Below the pieces are notes generated by a model. The model was given only the letters and a program-made list of their open reading frames with translations, made no database searches and had not been told where the DNA came from. This document shows, in pieces, positions 22,964 to 36,608 of a stretch of 64,000 nucleotides of DNA (its first letter is position 1; every line of letters starts with the position of its first letter). Source of the DNA: Malacoraja senta (lineage: Eukaryota); the NCBI GenBank assembly GCA_038087875.1, contig CM075991.1, positions 2,046,001 to 2,110,000 of the forward strand. The letters run 5' to 3'. The position numbers were made by a program, and so were the translations under genes.

Positions 22964-25900
22964 GTACATACTGCTCTCTTTTCTCTTATGATTCACACCT
23001 TCCAACAAAGGCCTGTGCCAGCTACTGCTTCTAAAGAGGGAGCCCGCCCTAAATTCATCCATTTTGCCAGCCGGTGTGTGGTTGGGGGGGGGGGGGGGAC
23101 AGGGCCAGAAGCCAAAGGGCCTACCTCCTACAATTGGCCCCGCGTTTGCCTCTGTTCACTCTGCAGGCCTGCAGTCTCCCTGTGCATTTGCCATCGGTTT
23201 ACACCCAGACATTGACACGACTGGCGGCGTTTCCGCTTCGCGAGTTGCGTCTGGCGACAGCCCACAGCCAGAGGTTACGGGGCGAAGGCAGGAGAAAAAA
23301 GATTAGAAGGGAGAGAGTTTTCAAGAGAGAGTTAAACGTAGCTCTTAGGACCAATGGAATCAAGCGGTATGGGGAGAAAGCAGGAACGGGGTACTGATGT
23401 GTAGGAAAGAACTGCAGATGCTGGTTTAAATCGAAGGTAGACACAAAATGCAGGAGTGATTTAGGATGATCAGCCATGATCATATTGAAAGGCGAAGGGC
23501 AGAATGGCCTACTCCTGCACCTATTTTCTTTGTAGATCGGCCATGATTGAATGGCGGAGTAGACTTGATGGGCCGAATGGCCTAATTCTACTTCTATCAC
23601 TTATGACCGTATAACTGCACTCAAGTGAAAGCAGCCAGGGTTAGGTTAAGGTTTGTTATTGTCACCTGTGCCGAGGTGCAGTGGAAAGCTTTGTTCTGCA
23701 TGCTATCCGGGTACATCAGATAATACTGCACAGAAATATAATCGTCAAACTCAATTACAAGAGGTGGAGCAAAGGGGAAGATACAGAGTGCAGAATATAG
23801 TTCTCAGCATTGTAGCGCACTAGTTCCAGAGACAAAGTCCAATGTCGCAATGGGGTAGAGGTGAATCGGACAGTACCCGAGCTTATGGAAGGACCGACCG
23901 TTCAGAAGCCCGATAACAGAGGGGATGAAGCTGTTCCTGAGTCTGGTGATGCGGGCTTTCAAGCTTCTGCATCTTCTGCCGGACGGGAGCTGGAAGAGAA
24001 GGAATGATGAGTCATTGATTATGTTGGCTGCTTTCCCGAGACAGCGTGAAGTGTAGATGGTGGTGTCAGTGATGGGGGCGTCTGGTCTGTGTGATGGATT
24101 GGGCTACATGTACAACACTCTCCAATGTCTAGCGGTAGACAGTTGGTGAGACGGAGAGAGTCCCGACTTAGCCCCCATTTTGGAAATGTAGCTGCCAGCC
24201 CCCACCTCGTGGTAAACCCATGGACCTTGCACAGTGGGGGGGGGGGGCGGACCGGGCTGACCGCTTTCGGTGCCTTCAGTGCCCGTGAATCTGAGCGGCT
24301 CCTCGCTTCAAGAAGCAGCGTGCCAACCCCAGGGCCGACTAACTCGGAGATGGCCGGCGCAGGTCTGCTAGGCTGCACGGTGCCAGGCCAATGCCCGATG
24401 CGTACTGCCTGCTCGACACTGCTCCAGAGCCGTGCCGGGTTAGCCAGCGTTGGAGTGTGTGCCGATTTTTGTTGGAAAGGGAAACAAAAAAAAAAGCATT
24501 TTCTTGGGGTTGTTGTGGTTGTGTATTTTTGCATGAACTCTGTGCCAACTTCCTGCTTCCTGCCCCAACCCCTCGGGCATGCCCGTTGATGCCACTTCAC
24601 TCCTCTGTTGAAGTGACCATCAACGGCACGTTGGCAAGAGGCTGATAATTGGCAGCAGGGGGGGAAGTTGCCATATTGGGTCAACCGTGGTGAATCATGG
24701 GTCAACCATCGTCAATCATGGCCCCGGCATAGGTCAACCTTCCTCAATTATCAGTGGCATCTCCACGCACTTGCCAAACGTGGACCTCTTTGAGATGAGG
24801 GGGGGGGGCGAGTTGGTGAGCCTTTAACAAACTGTGTTCGCTTTAGTTCACGTGTGGGAGGGAGGGGGGAGGCAGCTTGCACTTTTGCACAATGTTTTTA
24901 AATCTTTGCATATTCAGAGTGCTTCATTTGTTGTGTGGGACATTTAAAATATATATATATATATATATGTAGAACAGGCATCTCTCACTGCAAAGGTCGA
25001 TTTACGGGGTTGGATTCTTGTCTCAGGTACAGTCTCCTGTTTGTTCTCGCAGCTGAATTTATTTTTTATTTATTTTTTTCTAATTGAAAAAACGCTGTTC
25101 TTGTGCCCGCATAGTAAACCCTGAGGTAAACACGGACACTGGGCATTAAGCTCGTTAAGTTGTCGGGGCAGTAGAATTGACACAGCTTCCCAGGTGCAAA
25201 AACTTTGCTTCAGTTTTTGACTCCCTGTTCTCCCATATCGTGTGCTGCCAAGAGTCGAGAGTGTTTTATTGCCATGTGTCCCAGATAGAGCAAAGAAATT
25301 CTTACTTGCAGAAGCACAACACAATATCTAAACATACTGCACTAGTAAACAGTATAATAAACGAGAAATAAAAGTTCAGTGTGTGTGTGTATATACGCAG
25401 GCACACGTACACATAATAAACATACAATATGAACAAACACCTAACTGTCATATGTTGATAGAATGGAGCAGTTGGCCTTGTACACTCTGGAGTTTAGAAG
25501 GATGAGAGGAAACCTTATTGAAACATATAAGATTATTAATGGTTTGGACACACTAGAGGCAGGAAACATGTTCCCAATATTGGGGGAGTCCAGAACCTGA
25601 GGCCACAGTTTAAGAATAAGGGGTAAGCCATTTAGAACAGAGACGAGGAAACACCTTTTCTCACAGAGAGTTGTGAGTCTGTGGAATTTTCTGCCTCAGA
25701 GGGCGGTGGAGGCAGGTTCTCTGGAAACTTTCAAGAGAGAGCTAGATATGGCTCTTAAAGATAGCGGAGTACGGGGTACTGATTGGGGATGATCAGCCAT
25801 GATCACACTGAATGGCGGTGCTGGCTCCTGCGCCTATTATCTATTGTCTATTGTCTGATAGAAAGGATGTTGTCAAGCTGGAAGGGGTGCAGAGAAGATT

Positions 25901-28238
25901 TACAAGGATGTTGCCAGGACTCGAGGGAGAGGTTGAGTAGGATGGGGCTCAATTCGTTTGAGTGCAGGAGGATGCTGGGTGATCTTATAGAGATGTATAA
26001 AATCATGAGGGGAATAGATAGGGTAGACACACCGAGTCTTTTCCCCAGTGTAGGGCAATCAAGAACCAGAGGACATAGGTTTAAGGTAAGAGTTGAAAGC
26101 TTTAATAGGAAACTGAGGAGCAACTTTTTCACACAAACAGTGGAGGGTGAATGGAATGAGGTAGTTGAGGCAGGTGATACAACAGCAGTTAAAATACATT
26201 TGGACAGTGTCTCTTAACTGCTGTTGTCTGGAGGTTTACCTTTTATATATATATATTTAGAAGGGAAAACTGAGAAAATATGACTTAAAAAAAAATATAA
26301 GTACAAATGTTGCCGATAAGATGGCCGCCGAATTCACATGTGCTTATGTCTAGACACCTCATGAGCTTTGGAATGCAACCTCAAGGACAAGATATTCTTG
26401 AACGAAAGATTTAATAAAAATGGAACTACGCAACATAGAAAACAAATTAAATGGAGCGGAACGTAATAATTCACTAACAAAAAGATATAAATAACTATAT
26501 ACTAACACATAAATAACTCGACTGACTTATGTATTCTAATCTAAAATGTACTATCATAACCAAATAATGATTCACTCTTTTTTAAAGTCAAGTAGACTTA
26601 TGATCGTTAGTTAAGTCTGTTGGATTAATATACTAATATACTAAAATATGTGTAATCGATTCGGGAAGAGAAATTCCCAGTTATGCTCAGGACAAATTAA
26701 CAAGGAATCACAGGCTGGAAGGGAGTGAAACAGCTGGCAAGCAGCCAAGATTGCATTTTTGGTTAACCCCTTCCAACCAGCAGATTCATAATTAAGTATA
26801 CTGGGGTTTGTCTGTTAAGTTAAATACAGTAATTAAATAGTAAATAGTAAACACTTGTTCAGTTTAAGACACCAGAAGAACTAATCACAATACATGTTCG
26901 CTGGTTTTCTCTTTGAATATATTACCCGGTTTTGAACTGTTCTTTCTTTTTTACAATACTTGTTTAAGGGAACGGAGCTTAATGCAACTTTACATCTACG
27001 GAAGGTTTCATGAATATTTCTCCCACCATTTGGTGGTTTATTCTCACAGTATTTTTTTTTAAAAATACTGTTTTTTCACAATTTTTATGTTATTTAGCAT
27101 TTTTGGGGATTTTTTCTTTAAGGGCACATTTTCAAAGGATATACCAACAGTTTAGCAGCTGTGAGCACCCACCCAACACCCGGAAGCTTGAGGTAATGTG
27201 TTGCACCATCTGAAATAAAGGTACCAATGTAATTTACAATGCAAGACGACGCGCAAAAGAAAATTGGAGGAATTACGTTTTGTAGCTGGAACATAAGGGG
27301 CGCAAATGAGCCAATTAAAAGGGGTAAGATTCTTGCCCAATTAAAATCTCTCAATGCTGATATTATATTTCTACAGGAAACACATCTGAAAGTTCAAGCT
27401 CAGACCAGGCTGAAGGCAAATTGGATCGGTCAAACATATCATTCCTCCTATCTCTCTAAATCTAGGGTTACCGCAATTATAATTCATAAAGGCATACCAT
27501 TTAAACATAGGAATACCATCGCAGATAAAGAGGGGAGGTATGTCATAATTACTGGAGAGATATATTCTACTCCACTCACCGTGGTAAATATTTATGCTCC
27601 TAATTTTGATAATCTGCAATTCTTTAATAAAATCCTGAATATAATCTATGAGTACAATTACCAAAACGTGATAATTGGGGGAGATTTCAATTGCGTTCTA
27701 GATCAATATCTGGATAAATCTGCCCAACAAAAGAGACTTAATATAAAATCAAAATCCAGTGAACTTTTAAATACATACATAAAAAACACAAATATAACAG
27801 ATGTATGGAGGATTACAAACCCGGCCGGAAGGGAATACTCCTTTTATTCATCAGTACATAAAACCTATACATGTATCGACTACTTCCTAGTGGACACGAA
27901 ATTAATTCCCTTTACAACTAATCCTAAATATCATAATAGTGTCATCTCTGATCATTCCCCGTTAACCTTCTTCCTAAAACTAGAAGGAATGTTAAAAAAA
28001 ATTGTTTTGGAGGTTTAATCCCCAATGCTAAACAACCAGAACGGTTGTATATACTTAAAACAACAGATGGAACTTTTCTTTGAGACTAATGATACCCCAG
28101 ATATTACACCCTCCCTATTTTGGGAATCCTTTAAGGCGTTTAGTAGAGGTTCTATTATTTCATACCAAGCTTTTCAAAATAAAAATAATAGGATGGCACA
28201 ATTGCAACTAGAAGAACTAGTTAGACAACTGGATTTAG

Positions 28239-29178
28239 CTGACTCACAGAAATTAATATCATATTTATATAATAGTATTTTAAATATAGACCTACCATCA
28301 ACAGAGGTACTTAGAGAAGAGTGGGAACGAGAATTAATGATAAAAATTACAAACGAAACATGGGAAAAGTATTTGATATATATACACAAATGTTCGATTA
28401 ATGCAAGAAATAATTTAATTCAATTTAAAATTTTACATAGATTATATTATTCAAAAACTAGATTGAATAAATTCTATCCAAATATGTCCCCCATTTGTGA
28501 TAAATGTTTATCCCAAAACGCAACTATAACACACTCTTTCGTTTCCTGCATAAAACTTTATAAATTTTGGAGTGATATCTTTGAAATATTTACAAAATTA
28601 TTCAAGATAAAAATGGAACCTAATACTGAAATGATTATATTTGGAGTAATGGAAGACGGGAATAAATTGAACTCATCTCAAAATTTATTTTTAAATTATG
28701 GTTTAATAATGGCAAAAAAACTAATACTTAAATTCTGGAAAAATACACCAATACCAACGCTTAAAATGTGGACTTCAAGCATGTTGGACACCGCACATCT
28801 TGAGGAAATGCGATTCGTCGTCTTTTTGGAATCATATGGTGCAACACAATTGTAGAAGCTATCTGTTCCAGGACTGGGTGAGGGATGGTCAACATTATAA
28901 ATAATGATCTCCTTAATTTTTTTTCTTTTTTACTTACTACACTTTTTCTTTCTATCTTCTTTTCTTCACTTTTCTTCTTTCACCCTTTTTTCTTTTTCAC
29001 ACACTATATATCTCACGTTTTTCTATCTTTTATTATCTATTCTCTTTTTTTCTTCTTCATTATAATAAAAAAAATAAGAAGCTGTACATAAAATGTAATA
29101 TGTCAATATATATTAGGCACTTTGTTGCCACATATGATTGTATTTACTTCTAATAAAATAAAAATATTTTTAAAAAAA
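28239..29178 (+). mobile_element. Nested 3' fragment of a related L1 inside the host L1 ORF2
   Basis: Removing it rejoins LEELVRQLDL-ENTKDPTIDEHNK, which aligns with the other L1 at ~63260. The insert has its own C-terminal Cys region, 3' UTR and A tail and is paralogous to host ~31260-32904. Confidence 0.85.
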
Positions 29179-31829
29179 GAAAACACGAAAGATCCAACTA
29201 TAGATGAACACAACAAGATAGCAATATTGAAACTTAAACTAAACCAAATTTTATCTGCAAGAGTTATTTGGTTATTTCAAATTACAAAACAGGAAAATTT
29301 TGAATTTGGCGATAAGCCACACAAACCTTTGGCATGTCAGCTGAAAAAAGTGGAAAAGGATCACACTATTCTAAAAATCAAATCAGATAAAGGCGAATTG
29401 CTAATGCTGCCTAAAGACATTAACAAAAGATTTGCTCAATTTTATCAAAATTTATATACATCCAAAACATCAATAGACAGCAATAAAATTATAAACTTTC
29501 TGGACAACTGTAATCTCCCAACACTTAATCCGTTGGAACAAGAGGAATTAGGAGCACAGGTTTCAACCAATGAAATAGAGGAGACATTAAACTCACTGAA
29601 GAATGGTAAAACACCAGGACCAGATGGGTTCAGTGATGAATTTTATAAAAGATTTCACGAGGTAATTTCACCACATTTACACAAGCTTTATACATATGCA
29701 TTTAAAGAACAGACTCTACCAGATACACTAGCGGAATCAACTATCACACTTATACCCCAAAATGATAAAGATCTAGAAGACCCCGGTTCATATAGAGCAA
29801 TTGCATTATTAAATACAGATCAGAAAATATTAGCGAAAACTCTGGCAAGAAGATTAAGTAAATACGTTAGTAAATTAATACATGTGGATCAAACGGGGTT
29901 CATACCCAAGAGACAGTCATTTAATAATTTGAGACGTCTTTATAACAAAATTGTAGAAGAAGACATCAATTATTTCATTAGATGCAGAAAAAGCATTCGG
30001 CCAAGTAGAATGGGAATACCTCTTCACAGTATTGCAAAAATTTCAGATGGGAGAGAATTTTATTTCATGGATAAAATTGCTATATGACAGGCCAACTGCT
30101 AGAATATTGACCAACCACATACTTTCTCCGAAATTTCACTTATCCAGGGGCAATAGCCAGGGTTGCGCATTATCACCCCTGCTATTTGCCCTTGCGATTG
30201 AACCCTTAGCAGAAAGTATAAGAATACATCCGAATATTCACGGCTATAATACTAAACATTCAAATAATAAAATATCATTATATGCAGATGATGTATTATT
30301 AATTATTACAAACTCTCAAGTTAGTATACCAAATATATTAAATCTAATAGAGGAATTCGGTTCTTTCGCAGGATATATAATAAACTGGAATAAAAGTGAA
30401 ATCATGGCGATAAAATCCCAAGAGTCGACACACCTTTTAAAATTTCCTTTTAGAACTGCTACTGAAAAATTTAAATACCTGGTTATCCAAGTAACCAGAA
30501 AATATAATTCTTTATTCAAGGCAAATTTCCTGCCTTTAGTTACTAAATTTAATGCTCTTATTCAATTCTGGAAAACACTTCCGATGTCTTTAATAGGCAG
30601 AATAAATGCCATAAAAATGATTTTCCTCCCACAAATTCTCTATCTATTTCAATCAACTATTTCAATATTTACCTAAATTTTTTTGTTTTAACTTGATTCC
30701 CGGATTACAAATTTTATTTGGGATTATAAATCACATAGAATTCATAGACGACATCTATGTAAACCCAAAGAAATCGGTGGATTGGCACACCCCAATTTAT
30801 TGTACTATTATTGGGCAGCGAATATTAAAAATGTAATTGACTGGCTGGATAATTCATGTCAACAGGTAGATTGGTTAGTGATGGAGAGAGAAATTGCTTG
30901 CCTTTTAATATAGGCACGATCCTTCTCTCCCCAATAAAGTTGAAGAACACAATATACAAGAAAAACCCGATTATTCATAGCACTTTACGAATTTGGAGAC
31001 AAGTAAAATTTACTCTTAAACGAACAAACCATCTATTATATATAAAACGTTTATTCATTGGGAAAGACTAGGAATTAAAAAGGTTGGAGATTTGTACGAA
31101 ATGGGAAACCTCTTATCATTCCAGAAATTACAGTCGAAATACAGTCTGAAAGGTAATCAATATTTTAGATATCTTCAATTTCGAGATTATTTGAAAACAT
31201 ATACCCACGAATACCAAACTCTGTTGCCAGATATATTAGATGAAGGTATGAATAGAAACGCAGTCAAATAAATTAATATCATACTTGTACAGTATCCTTC
31301 TAAATATAGAAATTCCATCGTCAGATGTAATTAGACGAGAGTGGGAACAGGAATTAAGCCTAAAAATCCCCAAAGACAGATGGGAAAAATATCTCCTATA
31401 TATACATAATTGTTCGATTAATGTAAGACATATTCTAATCCAATTTAAAATACTACTCAGACCATATTACTGAAAAACTAAACTGTCCAATTTTTTTCCA
31501 AATGTATCTCCTATCTGAGACATTTGTCTATCTGAAGAAGCAACTATAACACACTCCTTTGCTTCTTGCATAAAACTTCATAAATTTTGGTAAGGAATCT
31601 GAAATCTTCTCAAAATTATTAAAAACAAAACTGGACCCCCATACAGAATTGATTATTTTTGGAATAACAGGAGTCTGCTCTGTGCTATCAATATTTCAAA
31701 GACGTTTCCTCAATTATGGCCTGATAATCGCAAAAAAACTTACACTTAAATTTGTGGAAAAATGCTTCTACCCCAACTCTTAAAATGTGGATTACAAGCA
31801 TGTCTGAGATGCTACATCTTGAAGATATG

Positions 31830-32463
31830 TAGCCCCTTCTGCCCTCACAACTTTTTACAGGGTTGCCATTGAGAGCATTCTTACCAGCAGTCTCTCAGTC
31901 TGGTATGGCAGTTGCTCTGCTGCTGACCAGAAGGCCCTACAGAGAGTGGTGAGGACAGCAGAGAAGATCACTAGATCACCTCAACCAGCAATTCAAGACT
32001 TATACCCATCTCGCTGTCGCAAGAGAGCAACCAATATCATCAAAGACACCACCCACCCAGCACACAAACTGTTCACCCTCCTACCATCCGGCAAGCGCTA
32101 CTGCAGCATGCGGAGCAAAACCACAAGATTCAAAAAACAGCTTTTTCCCTCAGGCCATCAGACTACTCAACACACTCAAGAAAATTCCATGAACATTACA
32201 CAAACAAAGACCAACTGACTGTCAAATTAACTTTAACCCAATGTCTGCAGTATGCTATTTGTACTTTTCTATATTGCACCTTTTATTAATGAATATTTTA
32301 TATGATGTATATGTCCATTGTCTATTTTTATTGGTACACTGTCTGTCTGTGTTATAAATATTACTTGCACATTGGAGTATGGGGAAACGCAATTTCAATC
32401 CTCTGTGTAACTACTTGTTACATTATTTGAATTGACAATAAAATTACTATTACTATTACTATT
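31830..32463 (+). mobile_element. Nested Rex1/Babar-like LINE 3' fragment
   Basis: FYRVAIESILT...WYGSC...LQRVVRTAEKI...HPAHKLFTLLPSGKRY; AATAAA plus (TACTAT)n tail; ATATG target duplication; host frame HLEDM|RLGLAG resumes after it. Confidence 0.8.
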
Positions 32464-35411
32464 ATATGAGACTCGGCTTAGCAGGAAAATCAGAGCAATT
32501 TTTAAAGATATGGTCTCCTTTCATTGATTCATTACAAGTATAGTATGGTGCAACACAATTTTGGAATTAAACTGATTCACGGACAGGGCGATGGGTGTGG
32601 TGAGAAATGAAGCAGGTATATCAACACGTTATGGTCCCTTTTTTTATTATTATATTTCGTTTTTGTCTTCTTATTCTTTTTTAGGTTTTTACTTATTCAC
32701 TCTTTGACTACACTATTTGGTGGTTTAGGGGTTTACACATTCACTATTTCTTTCACTTTCTCTCTTTCTTGCTCTTTCTCTCTTTTTCTATTTCTTCTTT
32801 GTCAAATTAAAAATGGAAGATGTACAATAAATGTATTTTGTCATATGCCGCGGTTTATACTACTGTACACGGCTTCTAATAAAAATATTAATTAAAAAAA
32901 AAAAGTTTTAGTTTAGACTAGTTGCAGTTTAGAGATACAACATGGAAAGAGGCCCTTTCGCCCACCGAGCCCACGTTGACCATTGATCACCCATTCGGGC
33001 TTGCCATATGTTTCCCCATTTTCTTATCCACTCCCTACACACATTTACAGAGGGGCAATAAACCTACAAACCCGCACGTCTTTGGGAAGTGGGAATAAAC
33101 AGAGAGCGCCCGGAGGTAGCTCACCTGGAGAGCGCGCAAACTCCACACAGACAGCACAGCACCCGAGGTCAGGATCGTACCCGGGTCTCTGGCGCTGTGA
33201 GGCCGCAGCTCCGTGCTGTTCTCCGGCCGGCAGTGTGGAGGATGTGGTAGGGATTCCAAGTCCGTACTGACCCACTTCAAACACCGACACAACTCCAGGG
33301 CATGGAGTTTCAACGCTGCGTGGGTGGCACGGTGGTACAGCAGTAGAGTCACTGCCTTACAACGCCAGAGAGCCGGGTTCAATCCTGACTCCAGGTGCTG
33401 TCTGTATGGAGTTTGCACGTTCTCCCACTGACCTGTGTGGGTTTTCGCCAGGTGCTCCAGTTTCCTCCCACACTCCAAAGACCTACTTTGGGCTAATTGG
33501 CTTGGTATAATTGTAAATTGTCCCTGGTGTGTGTAGGATAGAGTTGAGGTCGCACTTGGGCATCATATGTGCATCATGGAGATGGCGCGCAAAGATTTCG
33601 TACATCCCAAAATCCTGGGGCGCCGCGCGCGACCGCGCATCACTGCCTATGTCACCACGCACAATGCGCATGCGCATTGTGTCTTTCCGGTTTAAACCAG
33701 CATCTGCAGGACCTTCCTACACATATCTTAATGGTCTTTGCACCGAGACCTCGTCCTGCTAGTCTGAGCTGGATCTGAGTGAGGAAATTCCATCACCTGG
33801 AGATGAATCATTAGGAGTCCTCCTCCCAGTTACCTGTTTAATAATCAGTGTACTCGCAGAGCAGAAGGTCCAAAACTCCAAAAAATAATGCTTTGAGCAG
33901 TTGGAAACAAAACCTTTCCAGGCAAACTCCACCAAGGACCATTTTCACCCCAGTTATTCCTTCTTCTCCTCTCTCTATTCAGACAGAAAATATAAAAGAT
34001 TGAAAGCACTTACCACCAGATTTAGGAACAGCTTCTTTCCCCGCTGGTATCGGACTGCTGAACAATTACAATGTCATTGACAAAATGGAAACAGGCCTTT
34101 CGGCCCAACTTCACCATGCTGACCAAGGTGCCCCCATCTACACTCGTCCCATCTGCCTGCATTTGGCCCGTATTCCTCTAAACCCTTCCGATCCATGTAC
34201 CTGTCCAAATATCTGTTAAATGTTGATATAGTTCCTGCCTCAACCACCTCCTCTGGTGCACGTTCCATATACCTATTACCCTCCGTGTGAAGAGGGTTCT
34301 CAGAAACTAATGTGTAGTCATGATCTTCAAATCTACCTCATTGCACCCCTTGCACTTCGTTGATTCCGTTAGCCCTAAGAGCTCTATCTAACTCTCTCTC
34401 GAAAACATCCAGTGAATTGGCCTCCACTCCTTCTATGGCAGAGAATTCCACAGATTCACAACTTTCTGGGTGAATAAGTTTTTCCTCATCTCAGTCCTAA
34501 ATGGCCTACCCGCTTATTCTTAAACTGTGATCCCTGGTTCTGGACTCATTTTTTCTGGAACATTTTTTCTGCTTCTCGCCTGTCCAATCCCTTAAGAAGG
34601 ACTGAGATGAGGAAAAACATTTTCACCCAGAGAGTTGGGAATCTGTTGAGTTCTCTGCCACAGAAGGCAGTGGAGGCCATTTCACTGGATGTTTTCAAGA
34701 GAGTTAGATTTAGCTCTTAGGACTAATGGAATCAAGGGATATGGGGAGAAAGCAGGAACAGGGTACTGATTTTGGATGATCACCTATGATCATATTGAAT
34801 GGCGGTGCTGGCTCGAAGGGCCGATTGGCCTACTCCTGCACCTATTTTCAATCTTTCTATGTAAAATGTAGAAGGAAGGAACTGCAGATGCCGATTTACA
34901 AAAAAGAAACACAAGGGCCTGTATTCTACTAATTGCAAAGTTAGACTTTCCTTAAACTCACCTTAAACCTGCCGCTCGGTCTAACTAAACCCGACGCTCG
35001 GTTTAAGAAACATTTTGGAAGTTTAGTTGGACTAAAGTCTAAGGCGAGTCTAACATTAGACTTTTGTTTTAGCTGAGTCTAAAGTTAGACCGCGTTTTAG
35101 ATGCCATGGTGAAGATGTCTGCTTGTACTGCACATGTGCAATGCAATAGCAGAAGCACGAGCTGACGACAACTTCAACATGGCTGACAAAAAGAAACAGC
35201 GGAAAGGAAACTGGGACGCCAGCGAGAAAGAATTCCTCCTGACGTTACTAGCCGATAAAATTACAATTATCGAGAAAAAAAGGTGCTATGACACATTTAT
35301 TTTGTTTTGGACAACTACATTTTCTCATGTAAAACCATGAATTCAGAAATCTTTGAAAGGATTTCATTCAATATTTCTCAGAAATAAATTGATTTTAACA
35401 TTTACATTTAC

Positions 35412-35698
35412 CTGTACATTCACAGAATATCTGCCCTTCCGATTGACAAACATCTGAGCGCGGTCCCCACCTGGACTTCTGATTGGGACATGTGTGCAAT
35501 CAATTGCCCCTATCACGCCAGGAAAGTGGCAATACTGGTAGAAAGCATTGTGTGTGTCACGAACTTGCTGGGGAGTTGTTAGGAAGGAGATATAGATTCT
35601 TCTCCATTGGGCTATGTGGGATGACACCTTCTGGACTATGCGTGACATAGATGGCTGTGATAAACCTGCATCATCACCATGCATTAGTTGGAACGTTC
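35412..35698 (-). pseudogene. Harbinger (HARBI1-like) transposase exon fragment
   Basis: GLSQPSMSRIV...FPGVIGAIDCTHVPIRSP...FVNRKGRYSVNVQ, followed by a GT donor. Confidence 0.88.
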
Positions 35699-35700
35699 CT

Positions 35701-36608
35701 AGTCAAGTCAAGTCAAGTCAAGTTTTATTCGTCACTTGCACATAAAGTGCAAGTGAAATGAATTTGCCAGCAGCGATACAATAAAAAAAGAACACACAAT
35801 ACACAATAAAAATTTAACACAAACATCCATCACAGCATTTATCACTGTGGTGGAAGGCACAAAAAATAGCCAGTCCTCCTCCATTTTCCCCCGTGGTCGG
35901 GACCTCAACCCTCCGCAGTCGCTGCTGCGGGTGTCCAGATGTTCAGACAAGGTAGGTCCACGTAAGTCCTGAATCGGTGCCTCTCCACCGGAGACCGCGG
36001 CTTCAAGATGGTGTAGCCCGCAGGGCGGCGGTTGAAGATCTAAAGTCCCCGCCATGCCGCAGCCAGAAGCACCGCAGGGTCGGCGGTCGGAACTCCTCTC
36101 CAGGGATCCCAGGCTCTGGATGGTAAGTCCCTGCCGCGCCCGCGGTAGAAGTTGGCCGCGGGCCGGCGGTCGGAGCTCTTCTCCCAGGTCCCCAACGAGG
36201 GATCCCAGGCTCCGGACGCAGCGCCAGCTGGAGCTCTGCAGACCGTGGCTTCAGGCTGCCGCGGGCAAGCGATCGGAGCGCTCCCCTCCGGCGACCCCCG
36301 GCTAGGGCTCGCCCCGCTCCACGACGAAAGCGTCCTCGCTGCGCCCGCGGCTGAAGCCCCGGGCACGTCTCCGGGAAAGGCCGCACCGATCCTCGATGTT
36401 AGGCCACGGGGGAGACGACATGGAAAAAGTCGCCTCTCCGTGGAGGAGGCGACCGAAGCGGTTTCCCACTTACCCCCCCAAACCGCCCTCCACACAAGAC
36501 ACACAGCGAGACATTAAAAACACACATCAAGACACTAAAAAAACAGAAAAAGTAGAAAAAACGAACACGCTGCTGGCAGGGCTGCAAGCTCACAGCGCCC
36601 CCACCGAC
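35701..36608 (-). mobile_element. ~0.9-kb CpG-rich non-coding retroposon-like insert within the Harbinger element
   Basis: Abrupt GC/CpG-rich block; on the minus strand it begins GTCGGTGGGGGCGCTG and ends AATAAAA(CTTGA)4; no recognisable protein. Confidence 0.6.

Larger units (their letters stand above)
15248..26025 (+). repeat. Tandem duplication unit 3 (10778 bp; IIIa + IIIb + IIIc), 3'-terminal unit
   Basis: Homology with units 1 and 2 stops at GATAGGGTA (26025), after which the CR1 fragment continues uninterrupted (GACACACCGAGTC...). Confidence 0.9.
26228..32904 (+). mobile_element. 5'-truncated L1-clade LINE (APE endonuclease + RT), decayed, with two nested inserts
   Basis: Endonuclease ORF 27239-28018 (SWNIRG, FLQETH, GGDFN, SDHSP); RT motifs GKTPGPDGF, QGCALSPLLF and YADD; AATAAA plus poly(A) at 32877-32904. 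Confidence 0.93.

Noticed and set aside
1..26025. Array as a simple assembly artefact (duplicated haplotigs)
   Set aside because: Units differ by many substitutions, distinct kb-scale deletions and unit-specific insertions, and share a defined junction; this is too structured for allelic duplication, though long reads should confirm it.
36003..36517. Overlapping GC-rich ORFs as a gene or CpG-island promoter
   Set aside because: They lie inside an insert nested in a Harbinger element; open frames are explained by GC content.
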